A DNA stretch of 41,907 nucleotides from an uncultured virus (IMG/VR IMGVR_UViG_2049941000_000098) (lineage: Duplodnaviria > Heunggongvirae > Uroviricota > Caudoviricetes), in IMG/VR virus record IMGVR_UViG_2049941000_000098. One strand, given 5' to 3'. The notes under the pieces were generated by a model, which saw only the letters and a list, made by a program, of their open reading frames with translations, made no database searches and was not told the DNA's origin. This document shows, piece after piece, positions 29,824 through 38,323 of the stretch; position 1 is the first letter of the stretch; every line of letters starts with the position of its first letter. The position numbers were made by a program, and so were the translations under genes.

Positions 29824-30119
29824 TTGTTCGCCGAATAAAAATCGTGATACTTCCTTTCCTGTTTGCGGCGCATTTCCGCGATACGTTCCTCGGAACACAG
29901 CGACGGGTTCAATTCCTGAACCTTGCGCCGTGCGCGGGTGATAGCCTCGAACGACGGCATCCTTTCCGTCTTCCAACACTTCAACGCATATCCGAACGAA
30001 CAATCTTCCAAACCATAATGTTCCGCCACTTTGTAAATCAGGGCGAAATCGTCATCCCGTGTGTCGGGGTCGTTTTCCAATATCGATTTCACCAAATCGA
30101 ATGTCTTGTTCTTTTCCAT
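29820..30119 (-). CDS. Hypothetical phage protein (TRDDD...ITRARRKVQE)
   Basis: ORF behind the promoter/operator at 30152-30175. Confidence 0.7.
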   Translation of the reverse strand: MEKNKTFDLVKSILENDPDTRDDDFALIYKVAEHYGLEDCSFGYALKCWKTERMPSFEAITRARRKVQELNPSLCSEERIAEMRRKQERKYHDFYSANK

Positions 30120-30151
30120 TGCTTTGTTGTTTTTTTGTGATTAAACGTCGG

Positions 30152-30175
30152 CAAATGTAATAATAGTTTTATTAC
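30152..30175 (-). promoter_or_regulatory. -7 box with a perfect palindromic operator
   Basis: caaatgta at 30152-30159; gtaataa-tagtt-ttattac at 30157-30175. Confidence 0.7.
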
Positions 30176-30338
30176 GTTGTACCATGTTGTTCCAAAATTT
30201 TGTTCACGCGTTCGATTTCGTCGTCAACCTGTTTTTCGACGCGTTTGGATGCGGTCAAGACACAGGTGTCGCGGGTTGCGAAATATTCCCGTTGGAGTTT
30301 CCGCATGTCGGAAACCAAATCAAAAAAGGCTTTTGCGT

Positions 30339-30671
30339 TCATACGTGTGACTGTTTGTTAAGAATGTCCTGTATCACGAATATGTCGTACACGTTACGCG
30401 CCAACCATTCCACCAACCGTTCGTTGTTGGATTCGTCCGTGTACGCGCCCTCGTTCAATATCGCGTGCATAATTTCATGCACCAACATTTTTTCACGTTC
30501 GCTTGTCGGTATCGGTTTCCCCTCAACCGTCGTCCGCGTCAATTCGACCGTGTATTCCTGGCTTTTGCACACGGCGTATTGCGACGACCCGTCCTCGAGC
30601 GGGGTCGGGGATTCCGTTTCGTTGATTGTGTATTCCGTCCCGAACACCGTGAATTTGTCTTTCATATCCAT
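30339..30671 (-). CDS. Small HExxH zincin-like protein
   Basis: MLVHEIMHAIL...NERLV. Confidence 0.7.
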   Translation of the reverse strand: MDMKDKFTVFGTEYTINETESPTPLEDGSSQYAVCKSQEYTVELTRTTVEGKPIPTSEREKMLVHEIMHAILNEGAYTDESNNERLVEWLARNVYDIFVIQDILNKQSHV

Positions 30672-30674
30672 TGT

Positions 30675-30785
30675 ACTTTCAATTTGTAAGTAAAATACCC
30701 TATTTTGCTTTCAATTTTTATTAACATCCTGTTGGAAAAATGAAACGGATTGAAAGTAAAAACCCGTGTTTCACTTTCAATCCGT
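30675..30785. repeat. CTTTCAAT-unit repeat and 13-bp inverted repeat
   Basis: 30675-30725 matches 32300-32350 at 46 of 51 positions; acggattgaaagt...actttcaatccgt at 30745-30785. Confidence 0.8.
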
Positions 30786-30794
30786 AACTTTGAA

Positions 30795-30992
30795 TCACCG
30801 CTTGGCGTGTTTCCGTTTCGGGATTGCGCACCTCGAACCCGTACACGGTTTGTACGCCGACGCGTGTTTTTGCTTTGCGGTTTTCACCGCCTTCGTGTTG
30901 GGTCGGTCAGCCGCAGTCGCCGTCCCGCAACACGCTCCCGATGCCACGGACACCGCCGCAATCAGGATAATGGTTAGTAACAATCGTTTCAT
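30795..30992 (-). CDS. Small basic protein with a signal peptide
   Basis: MKRLLLTIILIAAVSVASGA followed by a K/R/A-rich tail. Confidence 0.55.
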   Translation of the reverse strand: MKRLLLTIILIAAVSVASGACCGTATAADRPNTKAVKTAKQKHASAYKPCTGSRCAIPKRKHAKR

Positions 30993-31042
30993 TTTTAAAA
31001 AAGATTTGAGTTAGTAGTTATTAATTAAATGTCACATGATTC

Positions 31043-31732
31043 CTAAAATTTTAAATCACATATCCTTATCATATCGGAATATTTGTTTATGTACGCGTCC
31101 CAACTTTTGAACACGGCTTTCGGTTTGACCAACATACGCGTCGCCGTCCCGTCGGGGTTGTACCGATGAAGCGACACGCCGTCGTCGAACTTGTTTTGTT
31201 CCAACACCCAACCCGTGACGCGTTTGCTGTATTCGCGCAGGAACGTGTGCGCGGTTTCTTTGTCACCGAACGTGTCAAGTTCCCTCGTGCCGATATTCCG
31301 CCCGTTCGGGTCGCACATGACCACCTCGATTCCGTAAACGGTCATAAGGTCGTTTTCCGTCAGGAACACCTCATGTTCGGGTGTCACCGACATCACCAAA
31401 TCGTGTTCGTCTATTCGGAACAGCCACACCGCGTATTCCTTAACATAGTCAATCGGGATTGTGGATTTCCCGTTCAACGACATCGCGCACAACGTGTCGA
31501 ACAGTTTGTCGATGGCGTATTTGATTGTGAATTTCAACGTCACGCCGTCGAACGTGTACGGGAACACGAAACCGCGCCCCATCGTGTCGCACGCCCATTC
31601 CATATCGACACCAAGTTTGTCACAGATGTCGTCCACACAGTAAAGCAAATCACCCTCGAGTTTCGGGTTGCCGTTGTCCTTTGTCGTTCGGACTGTGCCG
31701 AACTTTTCGTCTTTTTCGATTTTTAATTCCAT
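31043..31732 (-). CDS. Divergent BRO-N domain fused to an unknown domain
   Basis: FGTVRT...LYCVDDICDKLG resembles FGKIRT...LFCLADVCKVLD of 34523-35395. Confidence 0.65.
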   Translation of the reverse strand: MELKIEKDEKFGTVRTTKDNGNPKLEGDLLYCVDDICDKLGVDMEWACDTMGRGFVFPYTFDGVTLKFTIKYAIDKLFDTLCAMSLNGKSTIPIDYVKEYAVWLFRIDEHDLVMSVTPEHEVFLTENDLMTVYGIEVVMCDPNGRNIGTRELDTFGDKETAHTFLREYSKRVTGWVLEQNKFDDGVSLHRYNPDGTATRMLVKPKAVFKSWDAYINKYSDMIRICDLKF

Positions 31733-31750
31733 GATACTTTTTTATTGTTG

Positions 31751-32104
31751 TTAAACATTATGTCCGTTACCGAACGTCTTGTCAAACCCGCGTATGAACC
31801 CTATTCCGTATCGGGGGTCTAACCACATAAGGAACAGCATGAACAGTTGTTCCTCGAACCACAGCGTTAACGTGGAACGGGTGTTCTCCCTGCGTTCGCA
31901 AACCACGGACACGGGGTCGTAACCCTCACCTCCGCCGTTGACGAACGTCTTGGTGGAATCGGCGCGAAGGAACACGTCTGTCCGTTTCTTCACGTCCGCC
32001 GACACATTCCACTGTTTCAGGAATCCCGTGGCGTTGAACTTGCCGTCCGAACGGCGTTCGATTGTGTAACCGTTGTATTCGGTCGTTTTGTTGTTGTTTT
32101 CCAT
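31751..32104 (-). CDS. KilA-N domain DNA-binding protein
   Basis: IERRSDGKFNATGFLKQWN...FL..TK.F...LW...LF..FLMWLDPRY. Confidence 0.8.
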   Translation of the reverse strand: MENNNKTTEYNGYTIERRSDGKFNATGFLKQWNVSADVKKRTDVFLRADSTKTFVNGGGEGYDPVSVVCERRENTRSTLTLWFEEQLFMLFLMWLDPRYGIGFIRGFDKTFGNGHNV

Positions 32105-32127
32105 ATTCAAATGTTTTTTGACGGGGG

Positions 32128-32202
32128 CAAATGTAAAAATTTACATTTAATTAACAAACAATTTTGTGGAAAATTTTACATTTTGGTAAAAATTTACATT
32201 TG
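32128..32202. promoter_or_regulatory. Promoter with three AAAATTTACATTT-like operator copies
   Basis: caaatgta at 32128-32135; palindrome aaatgtaaa-aa-tttacattt at 32129-32148; repeats at 32170-32184 and 32186-32201. Confidence 0.6.
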
Positions 32203-32299
32203 GTTGGGGTGCAACGGGGTTCGCGCGTATATATAAATGACGGGCGGCATCCGATTGTCAACCGAACGCCGCCCTGACTGTTAAACTAAAACGATATGA

Positions 32300-32410
32300 A
32301 CTTTCAATTTGTAATCAAAACACCCCGTTTTGCTTTCAATTTTTATTAACGATTCTCGAAGTGTAAGTTTTAAATCGTAATCAAAACACCCGTTTTTACT
32401 TTCAATTTAT
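32300..32410. repeat. Tandem CTTTCAAT...GTAATCAAAACACCC units
   Basis: Units at 32300-32350 and about 32372-32410; related to 30675-30725 and 33275-33297. Confidence 0.8.
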
Positions 32411-33006
32411 TACTTCACCCGTTTCGATTTCCCGTCCGCGATTTGGTAAACATGCCGAACGTCGTCCGCCGTTATGCGTTGGTCGTGTGACACCAACAAC
32501 AGGTCGAAACCCAAATCACCGCACAGTTCGTTCACGAACCCGATGAACGCCCCGAAATAGGAATCCGACACCTGTGTGAACGCTTCGTCCAAGAAAATGA
32601 TTCTGCGTCGGTTCAGTTTCACTATCAGATAAACAAGGAACACAAACGATATGACGGTTATTATTCCGCCGCCCTCGGCTTCCGACAAATCCGTCGAATA
32701 GTCGCCTTTGTTCAGGACGAATCGGTTGGATTCCATGTCGTATTCCACCGTGTAATCGAAATTGAATATCGACCGTATCGCGGCGTTCGCCAATTCCTCA
32801 CATTCCTTTATCGACGAACCTGACAGTAACGGGCGCACCTGTTTCAAAGCCAACAGGGAACGTTCTATCAATTCCCGTTCGCGGTTTATCCCGACGAGGG
32901 ATTGTTCCGCGTTGTCGATGACGGATTGGACGCGGCGTATGTCGTTCGTCAGTTCGTTATGACGTAACAGTTGCGCGTTGGCGCGTCGTTCAAGTTCGGG
33001 GTTCAT
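32410..33006 (-). CDS. SbcC/Rad50-like ABC ATPase, C-terminal half
   Basis: Coiled coil, signature-like LSEAEGGG, Walker B IIFLDEAF, H-loop VSHD; no Walker A. Confidence 0.85.
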   Translation of the reverse strand: MNPELERRANAQLLRHNELTNDIRRVQSVIDNAEQSLVGINRERELIERSLLALKQVRPLLSGSSIKECEELANAAIRSIFNFDYTVEYDMESNRFVLNKGDYSTDLSEAEGGGIITVISFVFLVYLIVKLNRRRIIFLDEAFTQVSDSYFGAFIGFVNELCGDLGFDLLLVSHDQRITADDVRHVYQIADGKSKRVK

Positions 33007-33239
33007 TCAGTCTGCGTTTTTTCAAGTTCGAGTAATACGGATTGAAGTTCGGATTCCAATTCGGCTTTTTCCTGTTCCAATTCCGCGCGTTTCGCGGACA
33101 CGTTGGTTGACAGTGTGCCGTCAACCGTGAAACCGAACTCCGCCGCCAGGGTTTTGATTTTCTCAACGCGGATTGCCTGTTCCGTGTTCAGGCGTTCCAA
33201 TTCCGCTTTCGTGTCTTTGTAGATTTTTTCAACGTCCAT
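33003..33239 (-). CDS. Small coiled-coil protein between the SbcC halves
   Basis: E/K/L-rich heptads; ATGA overlap with the C-terminal half. Confidence 0.7.
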   Translation of the reverse strand: MDVEKIYKDTKAELERLNTEQAIRVEKIKTLAAEFGFTVDGTLSTNVSAKRAELEQEKAELESELQSVLLELEKTQTE

Positions 33240-33294
33240 CGTGTTTTCACTTTTAAATTGTTATTGAATTGTTGTTTTTGCTTTCAAATCGTAA

Positions 33295-34464
33295 TCACAC
33301 CATTTTGTTCCCGCATACGGGGCAGATGTGGTTGTCTATCATGTTTTGTTTTTCACGTATCGTCTTTTGCGCGGTTCGGCACGCGTCCATCAGTTCGGAC
33401 AGGCGCGTAAGTCGGTTTATCCCGTCGGACGTTTCGTTCACGCGTCGGGTCAGGTTGACGCATCGTTCGGCGGTTTTGACCGTTTCGGACAACCGTTTTA
33501 TCCGTGGTTGCGCGGAACGGGATTCCGTGATAAGGTTTTCCAATTCCGTGATTAAATCCGTTCTGTTGGACTTTTTCCGTTCGGATAGGGAAATATACCG
33601 TTCACACAGTGATATTCGTTTCTGGGTGTTTTCTTGGCGTTTCTCGGATTCCGTTTGTTCGGTGACGTAACCGTTCAATTCGTCCAAACGTTTGATTTCA
33701 TCTTTCACGTCCGAAATTTGTTCGCAATGCGCGATGACGATTTTCAAATCCTTAATCCGTGTTTCGGTTTCCCGACGTGCGTTTTCCAACCCCGACAATT
33801 CTTCGACCGTCTGCGTTTGTTTCTCGCGTTCCTTCAGGCGTTCCATGTGTTCGGCGACCGTGGCGATGTTATCGTGTATCGCGGATTCCCGTTCCGATAA
33901 CGACGACAATTGTGTCTTGTTGTCCGTTATCATCTGTGACAGTTGTTTGAACGCGCCGTTGTTCTGTTCTTTCTTTTTGTTCAGTTTGGAAACCGCATCG
34001 TTCATGTCGTCGAACGCCTTTGACGATGAAAGAATCTCAAGAATGCGTTTCTGTGAAAACTCCAACAACAACGGTTTACTGAACTGTGTGAAAAAGTTTA
34101 ATTGGTATTTTTGTTCGTAGTTGTCAATAACCCCGAACCCGTTGAAATCGTCTATTTCGGGCGGGACGGTGCGGTTCAGTTTTTGGTACACGGTGTCACC
34201 AAGTTGGTACGTCGGGGAATCCTTTTTAGTCTTCGTCACGGATAATGTGCGGTCGTCGTCGGAATATTTGATGTCGATTCGCATTTCATCCGTCCCGTAT
34301 TTCAGAAATCCCTGTTTGAATCGGTTGTTGCACGCGGCGTTCACGGCACGCATGCACGCGGATTTGCCCTGTGACGATTCACCGACAAGAATGGTGAACC
34401 CGTCCACGGTGATGTCCGCATCCGTAATCGATTGGAAATTATGTACTTTGATGTTTACTGACAT
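33295..34464 (-). CDS. SbcC/Rad50-like ABC ATPase, N-terminal half ending at the zinc hook
   Basis: VHNFQS, Walker A GESSQGKS, Q-loop FFTQF, long coiled coil, terminal CPVCG. Confidence 0.88.
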   Translation of the reverse strand: MSVNIKVHNFQSITDADITVDGFTILVGESSQGKSACMRAVNAACNNRFKQGFLKYGTDEMRIDIKYSDDDRTLSVTKTKKDSPTYQLGDTVYQKLNRTVPPEIDDFNGFGVIDNYEQKYQLNFFTQFSKPLLLEFSQKRILEILSSSKAFDDMNDAVSKLNKKKEQNNGAFKQLSQMITDNKTQLSSLSERESAIHDNIATVAEHMERLKEREKQTQTVEELSGLENARRETETRIKDLKIVIAHCEQISDVKDEIKRLDELNGYVTEQTESEKRQENTQKRISLCERYISLSERKKSNRTDLITELENLITESRSAQPRIKRLSETVKTAERCVNLTRRVNETSDGINRLTRLSELMDACRTAQKTIREKQNMIDNHICPVCGNKMV

Positions 34465-34522
34465 AAATCATATTGTTGTTATCGGGTGCAAATGTAATAA
34501 TTGTTTTGTTACGTTGTACCGA

Positions 34523-35395
34523 TTAAATGCCTAAATGTAATTGAATCGGTTTGTTTTGTTGTTCGGATTCACGTTTGTCGTTGTAGTATTTTTTGATGGT
34601 TTTGATTATGTACGCCAAACCCTTTTGTGTCACGCGAATCATCACACCGACGCGTCCGACACCCCTTTTGTCCTCATACGCGTATTCCAACAGTTTGAAA
34701 TAACCCGAATCGATATACTTTTGATACGGGCGGATATTGCGTCCCTTTCCGAACAGGATTTCGGTTTCGCGTAATATACTGAACAGTTTGTTGCGACCGA
34801 AATTGGGGACACCGATGACTTTTTTGTTGATAATCTTCGCGGCGTATTCCACCGACAGTGTGTCGTCGGATTTCGTAACCGCGTCATAAAATTCCACCTT
34901 TGGTTTTTGTTCCGTCAATTGCTGGTTCTGTTTTTCAACCGTATGTTCGGCGATTGACAGTTGTTCACGCGCCGCCGCCAATTCCTGTTCGTGTTTCCTG
35001 ATTGTCGCGTCGGCTATTTTCAACGCGCGTGCCATAATCAATTCGGGCGTATCGTCGGGGGTCGTGGCGATGTAACCGCCGTGTTTGCGAATTGACGGCA
35101 ATATTTCCGATGTGACCCATTTGCGGAACGCCTTCGCTTCGGGTTTACGGCTATCCAAAATGACATCGTACAAACCGTCTTCGTTGATGAATGTCGCAAA
35201 TTGTTGTCTTCCAAGTGAATCGACGATGGGGTTACTTGAAATAACCCCACAACTCAAACGGTCTTTGACCCTACTTGGTTGAAGGTCTAACACCTTACAC
35301 ACATCCGCAAGACAAAACAACGGTTCGTCAGGTGTACCCGATGTTCGGATTTTACCGAATTGCGGGTTCTCGAAAATTTTGATTTGTTCGTTCAT
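34523..35395 (-). CDS. Phage antirepressor (BRO-N + ANT/KilAC)
   Basis: FENPQFGKIRT, INEDGLY..ILDSRKPEAKAFRKWVTSEILPSIRKHGGY; KPKVEFYD, GRNKLF, PYQKYID, VTQKG. Confidence 0.92.
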   Translation of the reverse strand: MNEQIKIFENPQFGKIRTSGTPDEPLFCLADVCKVLDLQPSRVKDRLSCGVISSNPIVDSLGRQQFATFINEDGLYDVILDSRKPEAKAFRKWVTSEILPSIRKHGGYIATTPDDTPELIMARALKIADATIRKHEQELAAAREQLSIAEHTVEKQNQQLTEQKPKVEFYDAVTKSDDTLSVEYAAKIINKKVIGVPNFGRNKLFSILRETEILFGKGRNIRPYQKYIDSGYFKLLEYAYEDKRGVGRVGVMIRVTQKGLAYIIKTIKKYYNDKRESEQQNKPIQLHLGI

Positions 35396-35425
35396 ACCAT
35401 TTAATTTTTAGAACGTTAAACAAAA

Positions 35426-35516
35426 AAAAACGTGTTACATAAGTGCCGTTCAAAAGTTAAATGGTCTATACTTTCACGGGTCGTCACCGAATCCCGTACA
35501 CTTACAACACGTTTTT
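35426..35516 (-). ncRNA. Putative C4/CI-like antisense RNA in the antirepressor leader
   Basis: Outer stem AAAAACGTGTT-GTAAGTG / CACTTAT-GT-AACACGTTTTT, inner hairpin ACGGG/CCCGT, and an unpaired 18-mer complementary to 35581-35598 and 35396-35414. Confidence 0.65.
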
Positions 35517-35539
35517 GTAAATTCAAATGTAATGGCAAT

Positions 35540-35568
35540 AAAAAAAACCGATACGTTTATGTGTCGGT
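35540..35568 (-). terminator. Leader attenuator/terminator
   Basis: ACCGACAC-ATAAAC-GTATCGGT followed by a U run; promoter box TATGTTTG at 35603-35610. Confidence 0.6.
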
Positions 35569-35683
35569 GGTTTCGTCGCCACCATTTAACCTTTGAACAC
35601 TGCAAACATATACATTGTTTTTCATATATCCAAATCAATTTATTGGTTTCCCGTTTTTGGGATTCCAATATTGGTTATCCAAA

Positions 35684-36937
35684 TCAATAATGAAACCCGA
35701 CATTTCTTTGTGCCCGTAAAAATTCCGTCGTATATACGCAGTTGTTATAAAGTTTGTCGTGCCGCATTTTAACGAATTTGGGTCGTACAATCATTCCCGA
35801 CGCGTTTATCCCGCTTCCCGTCAGTTCGATAACCGCGCCCGCGTACAGTTCTGATTCGACGCGTTTCGGGGTTTTGATTTTAGCGATGGTGCGCCTGAAC
35901 CGTTGTCCGTCACGTTCCTCGTATATTGAAAGGATTATGTTCCCGTTTTCCACCCCCGTCAGGAACGCGTCTATGGTGTCGCCCATACGGTCGTCGGTGA
36001 TGCGTTTTATTTTGACATAGGACGATTTGTTACGCCTGTCCGTGGTATCGTACACCCCGTTGCGGTTTTGTGCGACCACGCCGTCCCCGTTGTTGTCGAG
36101 TATGGATTTAAGGAAGACCCGTTTCTCGGCTTCGGTTTTCGCATTGCAACGTTGTACGGGTTGTATGTTAAGACCGATTTGTTGTCCGATGCGGATTGTT
36201 TCGTCGTACACGTCCATTCCGTCACCGAGCGGGTGTTTAAGGTAGTTGATACCGTTCAGGTATAACGGGTGGATTAGACGGAACGTTATCAAATCTATTC
36301 CGTATTGTTGTTTCGCAGTGTTCTGTAGTCCGATTGCGACGGGTGTGTCAACACACATAAGACCCAGGATTTGTTCGGGGCGTGATTCCGCCGTGATGCT
36401 GTGGTTTCTTAAATCGTCCGTGATGTCGAACGGTTCTGACAGTGTAATCATGACATCAACCGCGTATGTGCCGTCGTATGTCGGATGTTGGCTTATGCGT
36501 TTGGCGTAGTCGATTAGTGAACCGTCGTCAGCGTAGTTGCGTGAATAGATGTTCGTGACGTTGTTGTTTACAATCAGGACGGCGCGTATTCCACGGTGTT
36601 TCTCGGTGAACACCCAATCGGGGTTCGTGTATATGTCGTGTTGTTCCGATTGGTTAAGGTCGTCGATGGGGCGTGCGAGGCACGGTGTGTGGAATGACAG
36701 ACGGAATCGTTCCGACGGTGTGAGCGCGTTCCAAATGTCTGCGGCGGACAGGTCTGTCGATAGTGTGTGACCGTGTTGTTTGTACGCGTTCGTTTTGGAT
36801 AACGCGGCTATGTAGTCGGATTTCTTGTATTCGTTGTTACGTCCCGTGGGTTTAAGAAGACGTTGTTGTGTTTCGGTGTTCAACAATGTGGATGTCAAAC
36901 GCCATTGGTATTCAAGGTCTGATTTGTTCGCACTCAT
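35684..36937 (-). CDS. ATP-dependent DNA ligase-like protein with degenerate motifs
   Basis: TEKHRGIR (I), YSRN, DGVVAQ (IV), YVKIK (V), TIDAFLTG, OB-fold RPKFVKMRHDK (VI). Confidence 0.8.
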   Translation of the reverse strand: MSANKSDLEYQWRLTSTLLNTETQQRLLKPTGRNNEYKKSDYIAALSKTNAYKQHGHTLSTDLSAADIWNALTPSERFRLSFHTPCLARPIDDLNQSEQHDIYTNPDWVFTEKHRGIRAVLIVNNNVTNIYSRNYADDGSLIDYAKRISQHPTYDGTYAVDVMITLSEPFDITDDLRNHSITAESRPEQILGLMCVDTPVAIGLQNTAKQQYGIDLITFRLIHPLYLNGINYLKHPLGDGMDVYDETIRIGQQIGLNIQPVQRCNAKTEAEKRVFLKSILDNNGDGVVAQNRNGVYDTTDRRNKSSYVKIKRITDDRMGDTIDAFLTGVENGNIILSIYEERDGQRFRRTIAKIKTPKRVESELYAGAVIELTGSGINASGMIVRPKFVKMRHDKLYNNCVYTTEFLRAQRNVGFHY

Positions 36938-36988
36938 ATCTTTGTTGTTATTGTCGGGTGCAAATGTAATAACTTTTTCGTTACGTTG

Positions 36989-37177
36989 TTATTGGAAAAT
37001 GATTTCGACATCGTTCGGGAACGTCCCGTCGGATGTTCTGTCGGAAAGCCACATTTCAAGTGTTCGGTTGTCCTTGACCCAACGTGGCGCGGCGGTTAAT
37101 GATTTAGTGCCGTCGTTGTCGAACTCCATTATGTAAAGACGGCTTTTAGTGTTGTAGTGGATTGTAAGACGTTTCAT
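36989..37177 (-). CDS. Hypothetical protein
   Basis: MKRLTIHYNTK...; ATGA overlap with the stop at 37174. Confidence 0.6.
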   Translation of the reverse strand: MKRLTIHYNTKSRLYIMEFDNDGTKSLTAAPRWVKDNRTLEMWLSDRTSDGTFPNDVEIIFQ

Positions 37178-37713
37178 GATTGGTAGTATTTGAACACGTC
37201 GGTCGGTTCGTTTGTTTGGAACGCGCGGAAATACTCGTCGGGGTGGTTTGTTCTGAACCATTCCACTTTCTGTCGTATTTCCGTTTTGATGTGTTGGAGT
37301 TCGTGTTGTAGGTCGGGAAGACCGTGTTTTTCTGCGTGGTTGACGATGTTGATGATGTCGTTTCCGCTGATGTGGAAATCCGCGCCGTTGAATGTTATCA
37401 ACGTGGTGTCGTTTGAAGGTTTGATTGGTCGTTCGTAGGATATGTACAGTGTGTCGTCCTTGAACAGGTGGTTAAGGTGCGCGGGTTGGTACGCGATGTG
37501 GCGTATGTTGGATGTGCGCAGGAAACCGTCCATGTACCAAATGTCGCGGCAGTGTATTCTGCAATAGTCGTCGGGGTTGATGTCGTCGGCGGTTATCTTT
37601 GCTTTGATTTTGCCGCGGTCGTAGAGGTTCTGTGTGTCGAGGACTTCGAGGAGTGCCTTTCCGAACTTACCGAAGGTGTAGAGGTTTGATTTAAGGTTAA
37701 TCGTGTGTTTCAT
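37174..37713 (-). CDS. Hypothetical protein
   Basis: 179-aa ORF in an operon. Confidence 0.7.
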   Translation of the reverse strand: MKHTINLKSNLYTFGKFGKALLEVLDTQNLYDRGKIKAKITADDINPDDYCRIHCRDIWYMDGFLRTSNIRHIAYQPAHLNHLFKDDTLYISYERPIKPSNDTTLITFNGADFHISGNDIINIVNHAEKHGLPDLQHELQHIKTEIRQKVEWFRTNHPDEYFRAFQTNEPTDVFKYYQS

Positions 37714-38134
37714 TTTGTTGTGCCATTTGTTCGAGCGCGAATGTGATTGCGTCGTACCGTTCGGTGATGTCCTTTGGTGTGTGTTGGTCGTAATCTATCA
37801 ATGCGCGTTCGTATGGTTTGTTTTTCCAATTACTGGTTTGGAATCCACGGAAGAACACGGGTTTTTGACCGTATTCGAGGAAATATACGAGTTTGCTTCC
37901 GAGGCGTATGTATGTCACGGAGTCGGGTTTTGACAGTTCGTTACAACGTTTGATTGCGGCGCGTCGTGAGCGTTCGGCGGATGTTTGTTTGCCGTCGGTG
38001 TACACGACGAAGCTGAAAATCGGGGATTCGTATGGGTAGTACGTCGCGCGGCGTTTGTCGCCGTTAAGTGTGACGCAACCGTCCGTTGTTCCCGACGGGA
38101 TTATGCTTCGGTTTTGTATTTTGACCGCTTTCAT
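37697..38134 (-). CDS. Hypothetical protein
   Basis: 145-aa ORF in an operon. Confidence 0.7.
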   Translation of the reverse strand: MKAVKIQNRSIIPSGTTDGCVTLNGDKRRATYYPYESPIFSFVVYTDGKQTSAERSRRAAIKRCNELSKPDSVTYIRLGSKLVYFLEYGQKPVFFRGFQTSNWKNKPYERALIDYDQHTPKDITERYDAITFALEQMAQQNETHD

Positions 38135-38323
38135 TGGTTGTTCTCGTATTTTTGTATTTCGTCCGTTCTGATTTTTTTTGTTTCTTTCACGGTTTCTGCC
38201 GCGTCTGCCGCGTTATCGGGTTCGTAGTCGAAGTATTCCACAGAACCGTTGTTGTATTCGACGCGGTAGACGTATGAACGGTTGCATGAAACCGTGGTTG
38301 CGATAAGTGACACTGCCAAGCAC
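38131..38323 (-). CDS. Possible small lipoprotein (start uncertain)
   Basis: MCLAVSLIATTVSC resembles a lipobox; the upstream in-frame extension to 38805 is low complexity. Confidence 0.45.

Noticed and set aside
29824..30003. N-terminal extension of sbcD in the ORF track (similar extensions for 13180-14391 and 23722-24294)
   Set aside because: They overlap upstream genes or promoters; downstream ATGs with ATGA coupling or a nearby promoter fit better.
30675..32410. Repeats as a CRISPR array
   Set aside because: Few, degenerate, irregularly spaced copies with no unique equal-length spacers and no cas genes.
35474..35668. 64-aa ORF upstream of the antirepressor
   Set aside because: It spans the promoter, terminator and structured RNA, which explain the sequence better.
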